Virus record (IMG/VR): IMGVR_UViG_3300025015_000053
Location: 1-44,765 of that record
Direction: 5' to 3' (one strand)
From: a virus
Lineage: Duplodnaviria; Caudoviricetes
DNA length: 44,765 nt
Below are positions 7,779-17,672 of the stretch, piece by piece. The translations under genes and the position numbers were made by a program. The notes beneath the pieces were generated by a model. That model saw nothing but the letters and a program-made list of their open reading frames with translations. It was not told the origin of the DNA and did not search any database. Numbering within the stretch: the first letter of the stretch is position 1; every line of letters starts with the position of its first letter.

Positions 7779-10601
7779 TTACCGACACGGTCCTGATGGA
7801 GGAGATCCGGCAATAAATTTTAATTCTCCAAATTGTGATGGGTCAAGATAGCTTGTCCCATCACCACTCCATTCCTCCTGACTTTCTCTTGTACCGCCGG
7901 TATCGGAATCGTTAATGGCAAAATCAAGACCAATAATATCGTTTATTGCGGGAGATACTCCGCTTCCCCCTAAGTCTGCCCAGGTTGCACTTGCTTCTCC
8001 TATCCAACCTGCATTTGCATCCCAGCCATTGCCGGTATTAGATGAGCCTAATAGCCAGGCAGGATCGTCTACTGCCGTGCCATTCTTAGCCTTTCTTCGA
8101 TCAGTATTAGGATCGGCCCTGGAATCAACACCTAGCTGCCAGTCATTAGCATCATAGCTTGTTGCGGCCTCATTATTTCGGTCAAAGTATATCTCCACTG
8201 AGTCCCATTTGTGCATATTGCCGCTCGGATGAGATGTTGGAGCTTGGACAGAATCATCATCTATATCCCAAGCAATATATATTTTACTTGAGTCAAAGAG
8301 GCACTTAAATTGCCCTGCTGTACCACTATCGCAAGTCCCCACCACACACATTGTCGCTTCAATATCATAGGCCGTAGCGGCTGTCCATACAGAATCAGCA
8401 ATAGCCCCATCTATGGTCGGTGGAGTTGCCGTCTGTGTACAATAAGCTAGCTTATTACTTGGGGGAGGTGGGGGAGGAGGGATTCCAGTAACCAGTTTAT
8501 ATATGCCTACAGTAGCAGTAGCGAAAATATCGTTACTTGGGTCTTGGTATAATCCAAAACCTACACCTTCAGGGGCCCATATTAACCCATCCATATAGCT
8601 CACCCAGTTGGTTCCACCATCAATAGTTTTTATTAACCCTCCGCTATAGCCAAACTCCCAATCATGGTTCCAACTGGCATAAACAGTATTACCAGTTGCA
8701 TCGGTACGGTCAACTAAAACAACACCATTCAGCATTTTGGCATCAGTTGCTGTATATTTTGCTGTCCAGGATGTCCCGGCATTTTCACTCTTCAATATCT
8801 TATTGTTATCCGTTACTGCCCAAACATTGTTGTTATTATTCGGATCAACCATCACTCCTAGAAAATTCCCAGCAACAAAATAAGCACTATTGTATACAAT
8901 TGACCATGAGGCCAGATTTGTTGATAAGGCTTTGTAAATATCCCCATTACAGATATTATAAGCATTCCCTGAAGAATCAAAAGCAGGACGGCCACATTTA
9001 TCTACAGTCAAAACCTTAGTAAAACTTGCTCCGGCATTAGACGAATACCAAATGCCTCCAGACGCACCGCTTCTATCTTTTCTGGCGCCAACTAAAATTT
9101 TGTTAGTATCTACTGGACTGACAGCTATCCTGGGCCAGGTAGCTAGAATTTTCCCAGTCCCACTTGCCCCTAAGTTAGAAGATACTAATGTCCAGTTAAG
9201 ACCTCCATCTGTGGTTTTAAATACTAATAACGATCCGGCAGAAGCCTCAACCCCTGCACAAGCATAATAAATGGTATTAGCATCTATCGCATCTACACCA
9301 CCACACTCATACTGCGTAGTTCCAGGACCAAGATAAAAGCCTGCCCAAGGTCCATCAGGGCTACTGGTAGATTTATGTGTTGCATAATCATAGTCCGCAG
9401 TCCAACAATTCCCCCCAGCACAATCTACATCTATTGCTGGAAGGTCATAGTAACCACTCGTTTGTGAGGTGAAAATAGCCCCACCATCTGTGCTCCTCCA
9501 GAACCCAAACTCTCCTGAAAGCCAAAAATTACTACCTGCCGCAATTAAGTCTCTTGGTTGAAAAAATGGAGTGCCATCATTCATATTATTACACTGATTC
9601 TGGACACAGTTAGCTATAGACATTGCAGCTTCTGTCCAGGATAAACCATTTGAGGAACAATATACTGGGTGTCCCCCTGTATCATTACTCTCAGGCCGAT
9701 ACTCGATTACACAGACAACCCCATTAGTATTTACTGCTATCTGGGTAGGAATGTCATCACTTGTTCCGGCACATTCGTTACAACTAGCATTCCATTTTGC
9801 CCAGGTTACTCCTCTATTTGTTGACTTATATATATCACTACCAGTAGTTCCTCTTTTTACTAAGTAGACAATATCATCATTAGATGGGTCAACATACATA
9901 AACCGAAGGTTGCCTGCACTAACCCCTGTGGCTAATGTCCAATCTCCAGTAGCATCACAGCTAGAAGTAGGATTACAATAATAAACACCATCTTCTGTTG
10001 AGATAAGGACTAATTGAGTACCAGTCTTATCCACTACATCAACATCCCAAATTGTCTGAACGCCTGAAGGGATTCCAGTACCTAAATCAGTAAATGTGCT
10101 GGCACTAATTTTACCAAAAGGAACTTTGTTGGGGGTAACATCATTTTTATTTCCATACCCAGACATCCAAATAACACTATTAGAATCGGATGACCAGGGG
10201 AATCTACTAACCATCCAATCTAACTTAGAGTATGTTTCTGGCCATATACTCTCTGCTACTATCGTCCAAACATTGCCCCCATCTTGACTCCGGTAGACTA
10301 TTGGATCATAGCTGTAGGACCAATTATCAACCTTTATAATTCCGAGGTACAAATTCGCATTATCCGTTCTTATCAACCCGTAACATCCATACTTTCTTAT
10401 CCCACCCGCAGCTTTTACATTCCACGTTTCACCACCATCTACGGTAAGATACGGTAGATCTATATCAGCACAGCCATAGACTGTATCAACATCTACCGCA
10501 GTCATCTGCCTACCAGGCCCGCCAGACTGAATCCCGCCCCACTGCCACGTATAAGCAGAAAGAATAAAACTACATAAAAAGATAAATAGTATTTTTTTCA
10601 T
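7779..10601 (-). CDS. Secreted BNR/Asp-box beta-propeller protein with poly-Pro linker and CBM9-like domain
   Basis: Signal peptide; repeated S/TxDGGxxW Asp-boxes (TVDGGETW, SQDGGNVW, STNRGVTW, TTDGGLNW, TIDGGTNW); PPPPPPP linker; PPTIDG...DSVEIYFD...IGLDFAINDSD...FGELKF typical of CBM9. Confidence 0.8.
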   Translation of the reverse strand: MKKILFIFLCSFILSAYTWQWGGIQSGGPGRQMTAVDVDTVYGCADIDLPYLTVDGGETWNVKAAGGIRKYGCYGLIRTDNANLYLGIIKVDNWSYSYDPIVYRSQDGGNVWTIVAESIWPETYSKLDWMVSRFPWSSDSNSVIWMSGYGNKNDVTPNKVPFGKISASTFTDLGTGIPSGVQTIWDVDVVDKTGTQLVLISTEDGVYYCNPTSSCDATGDWTLATGVSAGNLRFMYVDPSNDDIVYLVKRGTTGSDIYKSTNRGVTWAKWNASCNECAGTSDDIPTQIAVNTNGVVCVIEYRPESNDTGGHPVYCSSNGLSWTEAAMSIANCVQNQCNNMNDGTPFFQPRDLIAAGSNFWLSGEFGFWRSTDGGAIFTSQTSGYYDLPAIDVDCAGGNCWTADYDYATHKSTSSPDGPWAGFYLGPGTTQYECGGVDAIDANTIYYACAGVEASAGSLLVFKTTDGGLNWTLVSSNLGASGTGKILATWPRIAVSPVDTNKILVGARKDRSGASGGIWYSSNAGASFTKVLTVDKCGRPAFDSSGNAYNICNGDIYKALSTNLASWSIVYNSAYFVAGNFLGVMVDPNNNNNVWAVTDNNKILKSENAGTSWTAKYTATDAKMLNGVVLVDRTDATGNTVYASWNHDWEFGYSGGLIKTIDGGTNWVSYMDGLIWAPEGVGFGLYQDPSNDIFATATVGIYKLVTGIPPPPPPPSNKLAYCTQTATPPTIDGAIADSVWTAATAYDIEATMCVVGTCDSGTAGQFKCLFDSSKIYIAWDIDDDSVQAPTSHPSGNMHKWDSVEIYFDRNNEAATSYDANDWQLGVDSRADPNTDRRKAKNGTAVDDPAWLLGSSNTGNGWDANAGWIGEASATWADLGGSGVSPAINDIIGLDFAINDSDTGGTRESQEEWSGDGTSYLDPSQFGELKFIAGSPPSGPCR

Positions 10602-10613
10602 CTCTTCTTCATA

Positions 10614-11576
10614 TTAACGTAAATGTTCCACTAATAACATAGAGCTATCAAACGAACTTGCTGCATCATTTAATTGTATTGTAGCTTTTATTGTTACATC
10701 GGCTGCAGTATTTTGGGCTGCCGTTCCCTGACCATTATTCCCCGATGCTATGTCTATTTCATTGTATTCCTGAGCACTTACAGAACCGGTATTAAAAACA
10801 GTAATCTGAAGAATTCTATTCTGTGCTCCACTTGTAGTTATTTGTCCCACCACAGTTGTCCCAAAGTATACCCTAATTGTTACATTCCCCGTTCCAGAAT
10901 AAGTGATACTTTCAAGTTGAGCGGTTATACGGACACCGTCATTTATACCTAATGTACTGGCCGGTAGGGTATAAACAATACCATTTGTTTCATTTGTTGT
11001 TCCCGTTACATTAACATCTGTCCACTGACGAGATAAGACATAGCTCCCCACTACTCCGGTATCACTATTAACCGTTACTATTGGGGCTGCATCCGTTCCA
11101 GTAACCGCCACAGTCAGCCCAGTCCCAAAAACATAATCCGTACTGGTAGGATTAGAAGTATCAAGCCCTCCTGGTGTTGTATCCCCATCAACAATCAGAT
11201 CAGTATAATTAGTCACACAACCAATCTGATGAGTCGCCCCACCATAATAGGCATGTTCGGTCCCATCATCGGGATCAATACATACCTCTGTCCAATTAGC
11301 ATCGGAAAAGTCAATTACCGCTGACGGCGTAGAGCATAAACGTTTTACACTAGCTGTCGCTGTATCAAGTTTTGCCCTGGTTATAGTGCCATCACTCGGA
11401 GCAGGAGCAACATCTCCAATAAGCCCCCCCTGGACATCATCTTGCCTAAGATATTGACCATTACTAGGCCAGGTAATAATGGCCTTACCACCAAGACTAT
11501 CCATAGCATTAAGGCTATAAATCAGACCTAATGCAAGGCTAATATAAATGGAGGTAATAAAGATTAGTCGCTTCAT
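10614..11576 (-). CDS. Signal-peptide, Thr/Gly-rich fibre/adhesin-like protein
   Basis: MKRLIFITSIYISLALGLIYSLNA leader; DGTITRAKL fibre-type repeat; beta-rich C-terminus. Confidence 0.6.
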   Translation of the reverse strand: MKRLIFITSIYISLALGLIYSLNAMDSLGGKAIITWPSNGQYLRQDDVQGGLIGDVAPAPSDGTITRAKLDTATASVKRLCSTPSAVIDFSDANWTEVCIDPDDGTEHAYYGGATHQIGCVTNYTDLIVDGDTTPGGLDTSNPTSTDYVFGTGLTVAVTGTDAAPIVTVNSDTGVVGSYVLSRQWTDVNVTGTTNETNGIVYTLPASTLGINDGVRITAQLESITYSGTGNVTIRVYFGTTVVGQITTSGAQNRILQITVFNTGSVSAQEYNEIDIASGNNGQGTAAQNTAADVTIKATIQLNDAASSFDSSMLLVEHLR

Positions 11577-11583
11577 GATTCTC

Positions 11584-11952
11584 CTATTTAGGCACTACCT
11601 CAGCCGCTTCTTCCGCAGTAACCAAGGGCTTAATATTTATGATCCAATCCGGCGTTCCCTTCTCATCTATATCTCGCCAATCGAGAAAGAGCCGGATATA
11701 TTTCTCTATGCGCCTAAAGTTAAATTGCATCTTATCTAATGCAACTTGGTCAATACCCTGAAGATCGTTCAAGGTAACAGAACCTTTGCGCTCCTCATCT
11801 CCTGTCCAGGTATAGTTAACATTTATGGTTCCGGTCTGAGGATTTATTCTGATCTCATCAATCCTGACCGCATCATAACTAAAGCTCTTGGCCCATACTG
11901 GACTAATTAATAGGATGCTCCCTAAGATAACTAATGCGCTGATCTTTTTCAT
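11584..11952 (-). CDS. Secreted hypothetical protein
   Basis: MKKISALVILGSILLISPVWA signal peptide. Confidence 0.65.
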   Translation of the reverse strand: MKKISALVILGSILLISPVWAKSFSYDAVRIDEIRINPQTGTINVNYTWTGDEERKGSVTLNDLQGIDQVALDKMQFNFRRIEKYIRLFLDWRDIDEKGTPDWIINIKPLVTAEEAAEVVPK

Positions 11953-12733
11953 AGATTTGATCTCCTTTCATATTAAAGGCTAGGTTAAATAAGTCTGTCC
12001 ATTTCCACGGTTCGTGCTTTCTGGACATGACTAAACGAGATTGCTGATACTCTTGTTGCAGTATCTGGGTGGCAGATAGGGCATAGTTATAGACTTTTAC
12101 TTCATCTATCCGGGCTTGAGCATAATAGGTTGCAGTTGTATCATATCTTCCCAACTTAATTGTCCATGTAGGTTGAGACTGAGGATTAAGGGTTCTTGTA
12201 GTTGGAGTTGTAGCAACTCCATTAATATATAAAATTAATTGAGTAGAAGATAAAACAAAAGTAGCATGAATCCAGTTATTTTGAATATATGAATAACCAG
12301 AAGTCAAAGAGTATGTCGTTCCATTAGAAATAAATCCTTTTATTATAGAAGAAGAAGATAAATATAATAGCCAAGATATATTAGCTGCTCCGTCCCCATT
12401 ATCATGACTTAATATTCCACCATAACCAGATTCCTGTGGATAAACCCAAGCCATAATAGTAAAATTCCCTGTCAAATTTAAACTACTCCCCGTCCCACAA
12501 TTAAACCAATCTGTGCTCCCATCAAATCCTATGGCTGTCCCTCTATTAGGTAGGTATGTGGTCTGGCTATAATCAGGACTTCCATTGGCCGTACAATTAT
12601 TCCCATAGCCTGACAAGTCAGTTAGATTACCAGAAGCCTCATTCATATTAAGATGCAGGACTAAATCACTTGCCCAAGTCTGTGAGGATAAAAATAAGCT
12701 AAATAATATGGCTAATATTAATCTTTTTATCAT
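11903..12733 (-). CDS. Secreted LamG/concanavalin A-like lectin domain protein
   Basis: Signal peptide; LVLHLNMNE..DLSGYGN, FTIMAWV, WIHATFV, LYING, IDEVKVYNYALS. Confidence 0.85.
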   Translation of the reverse strand: MIKRLILAILFSLFLSSQTWASDLVLHLNMNEASGNLTDLSGYGNNCTANGSPDYSQTTYLPNRGTAIGFDGSTDWFNCGTGSSLNLTGNFTIMAWVYPQESGYGGILSHDNGDGAANISWLLYLSSSSIIKGFISNGTTYSLTSGYSYIQNNWIHATFVLSSTQLILYINGVATTPTTRTLNPQSQPTWTIKLGRYDTTATYYAQARIDEVKVYNYALSATQILQQEYQQSRLVMSRKHEPWKWTDLFNLAFNMKGDQIYEKDQRISYLREHPIN

Positions 12734-12754
12734 CTTAACTCCCCCTTGACCATA

Positions 12755-13849
12755 TTAACTTCCCCTGCTCCAACATACCTTACAGCCCCTTACCCTGGCA
12801 TTCCCAACCAGCGGAGTCCCACCTTCTTCGCTAATATCCCTCCTTAAACCAAATCTAACTAAATCGCCGCCCGTAAATGGTGTTGTTAAAGTTCCGGTTG
12901 TAGTATTCAAATCCCCTGCTATACCATCCGTAGTCTGTAAGGTCATGGCTACATCGGTTGCTGCGCCATCCACTGCATCAGAATCACTAACACTCCGATA
13001 ATCTATATCAAATTGAGCATCTCCCACAATAGCAGCCGCAGAGAACCAATATACCTCGACTGTAGCATTTCCAGCATCATAACCAGTGGGGACTTGAAAA
13101 TCCCAATAGGCATTATTATCTGCCGCATCGGAGAAATCAAGCACTGCATAAGGAGAAGTCCCATCTACCGTTACTAAAGTAGCGGCTGCTGGAGTGCCAT
13201 CCGGTAAATAGGCAGTGGAGGGAGATAGAAAAACACATTCGGTAGGCTTAGCAGAACCGGCATAACTCACAGCCCCAGCACTACTTATCCTTGTATAATT
13301 AGTAAGATCACCTACTTCAAAAGCACCAACAATATATTCCTTGTCTTCCGAGGCATCCCATAACCTATATTTACCCGATGTATCCCCGAAATGTTTCACA
13401 TCATGACCGGCATCATCCACACCGACAGTAAGCGGCCCTAAAATAGTACCACCTGCCGTAGTGAATAGGGTTCCTGAAGTGGGTAAAGTAAGACTGGTAG
13501 TGCCGGTAAGGGTTAACGTCAACGCAAAATTGCCGATTGTTGTTAGGTTATTTGCAAGGGTAAGATTTCCACCAAGATTGATTGTACGACTTAAACTATT
13601 GACAAGAAGGTTCAATATCCGATCAGAACTATCATTCTCATTCCATACTAAACTGATGGTATTTGATGAGTCACTATCATATAGAGCAATGCCAGAAGAA
13701 GGAAAAACCAAATTACCAGACTCATCAATAAGAGATCCCAGAGCCCGGATAGCTTTACTTGATAATACTAATCCCCTTTGAGCATGAGTAAAATCATATA
13801 GCCCTATTAAGAAAACAGTAGTCAGAATAAAGCCGGCTATTTTTTTCAA
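12755..13849 (-). CDS. Signal-peptide fibre/adhesin-like protein
   Basis: MKKIAGFILTTVFLIGLYDFTHA leader; LTLTGTTSLTLPTSGTL fibre-like segment; C-terminal jelly-roll (WDFQVPTGY, GDLVRFGLRR). Confidence 0.6.
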   Translation of the reverse strand: MKKIAGFILTTVFLIGLYDFTHAQRGLVLSSKAIRALGSLIDESGNLVFPSSGIALYDSDSSNTISLVWNENDSSDRILNLLVNSLSRTINLGGNLTLANNLTTIGNFALTLTLTGTTSLTLPTSGTLFTTAGGTILGPLTVGVDDAGHDVKHFGDTSGKYRLWDASEDKEYIVGAFEVGDLTNYTRISSAGAVSYAGSAKPTECVFLSPSTAYLPDGTPAAATLVTVDGTSPYAVLDFSDAADNNAYWDFQVPTGYDAGNATVEVYWFSAAAIVGDAQFDIDYRSVSDSDAVDGAATDVAMTLQTTDGIAGDLNTTTGTLTTPFTGGDLVRFGLRRDISEEGGTPLVGNARVRGCKVCWSRGS

Positions 13850-13850
13850 A

Positions 13851-13964
13851 TTACTTCTCCTTCCCCTTCTTATTAAATTCTCTAATTAACCTAATATCAC
13901 CAGTTGAATCTGATTCGTACCATTGCTTATCTATATCCAATATTTCATTTTTATCTAAATTCAT
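13851..13964 (-). CDS. Possible 37-aa peptide
   Basis: Manual ORF MNLDKNEILDIDKQWYESDSTGDIRLIREFNKKGKEK fills the gap. Confidence 0.3.
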   Translation of the reverse strand: MNLDKNEILDIDKQWYESDSTGDIRLIREFNKKGKEK

Positions 13965-13975
13965 CTTTCTTAATC

Positions 13976-14683
13976 TCAAAGGTAGGCCTGCCCAACTAAT
14001 ATTTTCCTTTTCCAATCTTCATAAGATTCTTTATTCCATAAAGGATTATCTAAAAAAATTTTTCTATTAATTTTGTTCTGTTCTTTATACCAAGTATCCT
14101 CTTTCCGAGAATGGTAAAAATGTTTTACTCTATCTCTTTTTTCAAAACCTAAACAAACGGATTCTTTTGATAAAAGCAATCCTATTCTAACTAAGAATTC
14201 GTGGTCCATAAACCCCCAATTTGTCATCAAGCAGTTCCATCCGCCAATCTCCGAACCCCATTCTTTCTTAATCATAATAAAATCACCAAGGGCATCATCA
14301 TTTTCTCTCCAACTCCCATCTCCCTGCTCATCCATCCTATAAGCAAACACTGGAAAGTCATGCAACAATAAAAGCCCATAGGCCCGCCACAACAACTGGG
14401 GCTCTATCAATATATCACCAGTTGAATAAACTATTATATCTGTTTTACTTTCTTCAGTAGCTTTATTAAATGCTTCACAACAATTATATCCCTCTTCAGT
14501 ATCTTCATTATGTATAGCCCAATAAGAACCCATCCCATAAAAAACTTTATCTTCTAACAAAGTCTTTATTATCCCCTCTCCCTTAGTTTCCCATCTAGAG
14601 GTAACTATAGAAAGAATAGTTATTATCTTATTATTACATTTATCACAAACACCTTCAATATAAGGATATTTATCTATTCTCAT
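13976..14683 (-). CDS. Glycosyltransferase (GT-A fold, GT2/GT7-like)
   Basis: AFNKATEES..DIIVYSTGDILI (DxD-like region); IGGWNCLMTNWGFMDHEFLVRI resembles the GT7/GT2 GGxxExxxGWGxED motif; HFYH. Confidence 0.7.
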   Translation of the reverse strand: MRIDKYPYIEGVCDKCNNKIITILSIVTSRWETKGEGIIKTLLEDKVFYGMGSYWAIHNEDTEEGYNCCEAFNKATEESKTDIIVYSTGDILIEPQLLWRAYGLLLLHDFPVFAYRMDEQGDGSWRENDDALGDFIMIKKEWGSEIGGWNCLMTNWGFMDHEFLVRIGLLLSKESVCLGFEKRDRVKHFYHSRKEDTWYKEQNKINRKIFLDNPLWNKESYEDWKRKILVGQAYL

Positions 14684-14734
14684 ATTATTTATTATAAAAA
14701 CCTCTGTTTAGCGAGACTAAACGACGCTTTTCCA

Positions 14735-16459
14735 CTATACAAACCTTATCCTGGGTTCTGCTGATTTTAATTTTAATATACGAGAAGCAAACGAGATCAT
14801 AAGAGCATCAAGCTCATCGGGGCTTCTCTTATACCGTCTCTTGAACTCCTCCTTTGGCTCCAAAACTAAGTGCCCTTTACTATGATATTTATATCTTATT
14901 TGACTTACCTGATCCACTATATCTTCATTATTATATAATAAGGTCTCATTATCAATCTCCTTCTTTACTTCATTAGCTAACTCAGCCCTTAGATTCATAT
15001 AATTGCCTTTGTCCAACGCCGATTCTCCTACATTAACAGCATATATCTCTATATCATTAAATTTTTCCATCTCTCCGCTCTCTTTTATCTCTACTAAGCG
15101 ATCATATACCCCAGCACCTACTCCCACTACATCTATGCATATCTCTTTTATATTAGAATTTTCCTTTACCAAAATCACTATCTCTGCTACAGCATCCATA
15201 GTTTTATGCTTAGGTATTTTCTTTATTATTTTAGCTCCAATTTCTTCATTATGTTCTTCATTATATGAACATACTGATCTAGTTTCTCTTGATCTTTCTT
15301 TATCATTATCAGAAACACTATCCCCATCATTATCAGAAACACTATCCCCACTGCCATTATCCCTTTCTCTAGTATCTTCCCATTCTCCTCCTTTCTTCTC
15401 TATATCTTCCTCTATCCATAATCTTTCATCTCTAATACATTTTTCCCTTAGTAAAATAACAGTAGTATCATCACCTTCCCTAGCTACATCCATAGCTAAT
15501 ACTAATTCACTTTCTTTATATAACTCCAGATTTTCTACATAAGCCGAATAAGCCTTCTGATAATTAACAAGACAATTAATACCCTCTTCTACAAAATTAC
15601 CTTTAACTCGTATTAAAAAGCGAGGGTCTTCTCTCCCCCATTTTCTAGCCATCTTTTCCGGCCAATCATAATTACATAGGCCAGGAATAATATTCTTTCC
15701 GGCTAATACATTGGGACTCTCCTCACAATCTATATGTATCTTATTCCAATCTCTACCTTCTTTAGTCAGAAATATCTTCCCAAAATAACTACCTAAATTA
15801 GTAGGATTACCTATTGTAAGGACTTTACTGTTAGGAGAATTTAAAGAGGTCTCTATCCCTTCAAAAATCCCTTCTTTTACTCCAGACCCCTCATCAACAA
15901 CAAATAATATATTAATTTCATGAGACCCAGTAAAAGCTTCTACCTCATCAGTTGAATATCCTATACCATACCAAAGTTTTTTATATATTTCTAAATAGTC
16001 TGTATCAAATAACCTTGCTCCCATAGCTATTCCGAATTCCCTTTTAATTTTAAGCATCATTTGTCTATACAGTCTTCGGATCTCTCCCCACAACAACAAA
16101 CTCACCTGTCGACCCGTAGGAGCAGTAGATATTACCCGAGAAGGAAAAAAATTAAATTGGAACCAAAGCATTGTTCCTGCAGCTATCTTTGTCTTTCCTA
16201 CAGTATGCCCTGATCTTACTGCTGTCCTCTGATTATCCCTGACTGATTCTATTACTTCCTTCTGTTTATCCCACCAAGTATCAAACCCTATCCAGTCTAA
16301 CCATTCTACAGGCTCTTTTCTAAATCTCTCTAACGGATAAGAAGAGTTAAATGAGGTTATCCATTGAATCAGATTTTTTTCTACTCCCAATACTGGGGAC
16401 GAAAGTTGGCCAGCCAACCTCTCCAATCCCATTATCCGTTTGTTTACTTCTAATTGCAT
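14735..16459 (-). CDS. terL: Terminase large subunit
   Basis: Walker A SGHTVGKT, Walker B FVVDEG, IGNP, nuclease LAMDVAREGDD, IDVVGVGAGVYD, SPDELDA; ATG 16459 has a GGAGGAG SD. Confidence 0.93.
   Translation of the reverse strand: MQLEVNKRIMGLERLAGQLSSPVLGVEKNLIQWITSFNSSYPLERFRKEPVEWLDWIGFDTWWDKQKEVIESVRDNQRTAVRSGHTVGKTKIAAGTMLWFQFNFFPSRVISTAPTGRQVSLLLWGEIRRLYRQMMLKIKREFGIAMGARLFDTDYLEIYKKLWYGIGYSTDEVEAFTGSHEINILFVVDEGSGVKEGIFEGIETSLNSPNSKVLTIGNPTNLGSYFGKIFLTKEGRDWNKIHIDCEESPNVLAGKNIIPGLCNYDWPEKMARKWGREDPRFLIRVKGNFVEEGINCLVNYQKAYSAYVENLELYKESELVLAMDVAREGDDTTVILLREKCIRDERLWIEEDIEKKGGEWEDTRERDNGSGDSVSDNDGDSVSDNDKERSRETRSVCSYNEEHNEEIGAKIIKKIPKHKTMDAVAEIVILVKENSNIKEICIDVVGVGAGVYDRLVEIKESGEMEKFNDIEIYAVNVGESALDKGNYMNLRAELANEVKKEIDNETLLYNNEDIVDQVSQIRYKYHSKGHLVLEPKEEFKRRYKRSPDELDALMISFASRILKLKSAEPRIRFV
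15302..15349. repeat. 24-bp tandem duplication inside terL
   Basis: ATCATTATCAGAAACACTATCCCC x2, encoding GDSVSDND x2. Confidence 0.95.
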
Positions 16460-16796
16460 CAAACATCTCCTCCAATTTCTTTATTCTCTCTTCTATAATC
16501 TTTTCATTCTTATTTTCCCTTAAACATTCTAGCAATATCCTACAAGCATTTACTATAGCATTTCCAAGGGTTGTTGTAATGACCCCTTGTTCCATTCCTC
16601 TAATAAGTCTGGACAAATATAATTTAAGAGCTCTTATAGATTCTATATATAAAGGGATTATTTCTTTTCCATTTATAGACCAACTCCTTTCTCCTGTTTT
16701 ATAAGAGCCTTTAGGTCTTCCCCTACCTCTTTTTTGGGGTTTAGTAAGGGTTTCAGCTATTTCATCTAAAACTTTTTTTTTCTTCATAAAAAACAA
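16347..16796 (-). CDS. Putative terminase small subunit with AT-hook
   Basis: Immediately upstream of and overlapping terL; KRGRGRPKGS AT-hook; helical C-terminus. Confidence 0.55.
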   Translation of the reverse strand: MFFMKKKKVLDEIAETLTKPQKRGRGRPKGSYKTGERSWSINGKEIIPLYIESIRALKLYLSRLIRGMEQGVITTTLGNAIVNACRILLECLRENKNEKIIEERIKKLEEMFDAIRSKQTDNGIGEVGWPTFVPSIGSRKKSDSMDNLI

Positions 16797-16799
16797 TTA

Positions 16800-16955
16800 G
16801 ATATTTTAGTTATTCTTGAGAAGGGTTTTTTTCTTTCTTTTAATTCCCTTCTTTTTCTATATTTTTTAGACTCAAAACTTATTATAATATAAATAAAAGG
16901 AAAAAAAAAGATAAAAGAAAGAAAACTTTTAAGCTGCCTTAAAAATAGTTCTGTC
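16800..16955 (-). promoter_or_regulatory. AT-rich intergenic region, candidate late promoter
   Basis: TATAAT on the - strand at 16881-16886 upstream of the packaging/structural block; no canonical -35. Confidence 0.35.
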
Positions 16956-16960
16956 ATTAT

Positions 16961-17602
16961 TTACTCCTTTTCCTTTAAATAGCTTATACCTTTTTCATTC
17001 TGAAAGCAAGTCCAAGCCCGATCCGCTAAATCCCCTAGAGCTCCATCCACAGAAGTTATCAAAAACTGTATTCCCATCTCATCCCTAAGCTCTTGTAATA
17101 AGACTTTTATACCTTCAATATGTTCTTCTCCGTGAAGGAATTTAAAGGGTTCGTCTAGAGCAAAAAAGGGCTCTGTCCTATCATAATTCATAGCCCATAT
17201 TACTAATCTCATTAATAGAGATACTACATCATACACACCCCCACCAAAAGACTCTTCATCAAAAGAATATTTATTTTTCCCTTTAATCAAATATAGAAAA
17301 GCTTCTGGTTTATTACGATTAATTTCAAAATTAACCTCAAAAGCATATTCCTTTCCTAGTACTTCCTTTAAGCCTTTTATAACTGTATTTTCTATATAAC
17401 TTTTTATTTTATTTTGCGTTTCAATCCCAATATTAGCTATCTTTTCTCTAACCATAACTATCAATTCAATTAATTTTTTCAATCCAAAAAGCTGTTCTTC
17501 CAAAGAAGATATTAGGTTCTCCAAATAATCCTTTCTGCTTTTTTGTCCTATATACCAATCTTTTATTACATTTATATCTCCTTCGTCTGTATGTAAAGGC
17601 AT
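16961..17602 (-). CDS. SbcC/Rad50 C-terminal ATPase half
   Basis: Signature-like SFGGG, Walker B FALDEPF, FLITS. Confidence 0.8.
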   Translation of the reverse strand: MPLHTDEGDINVIKDWYIGQKSRKDYLENLISSLEEQLFGLKKLIELIVMVREKIANIGIETQNKIKSYIENTVIKGLKEVLGKEYAFEVNFEINRNKPEAFLYLIKGKNKYSFDEESFGGGVYDVVSLLMRLVIWAMNYDRTEPFFALDEPFKFLHGEEHIEGIKVLLQELRDEMGIQFLITSVDGALGDLADRAWTCFQNEKGISYLKEKE

Positions 17603-17615
17603 ATATTTTATTCTC

Positions 17616-17672
17616 CGCTAAGGTTCGTCGTGAAGGATGCTGAGAACCACACCCCTCACGACCGCGTTAGCG
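17616..17672 (+). mobile_element. attC-like site (degenerate R'')
   Basis: CGCTAAG...GTCGTGAAGG...CCCTCACGAC...GTTAGCG imperfect palindrome of 57 bp. Confidence 0.6.

Noticed and set aside
7713-7781. Short open frame after the TAA of the 940-aa gene (possible readthrough or recoding)
   Set aside because: Only 21 codons, the CBM domain is already complete, and genes throughout read intact in code 11
17583-17602. SbcC C-half begins MPLHTD, as does the clamp loader at 26834
   Set aside because: Match is only about 17 bp with a mismatch; could be a recombination relic but cannot be told from chance
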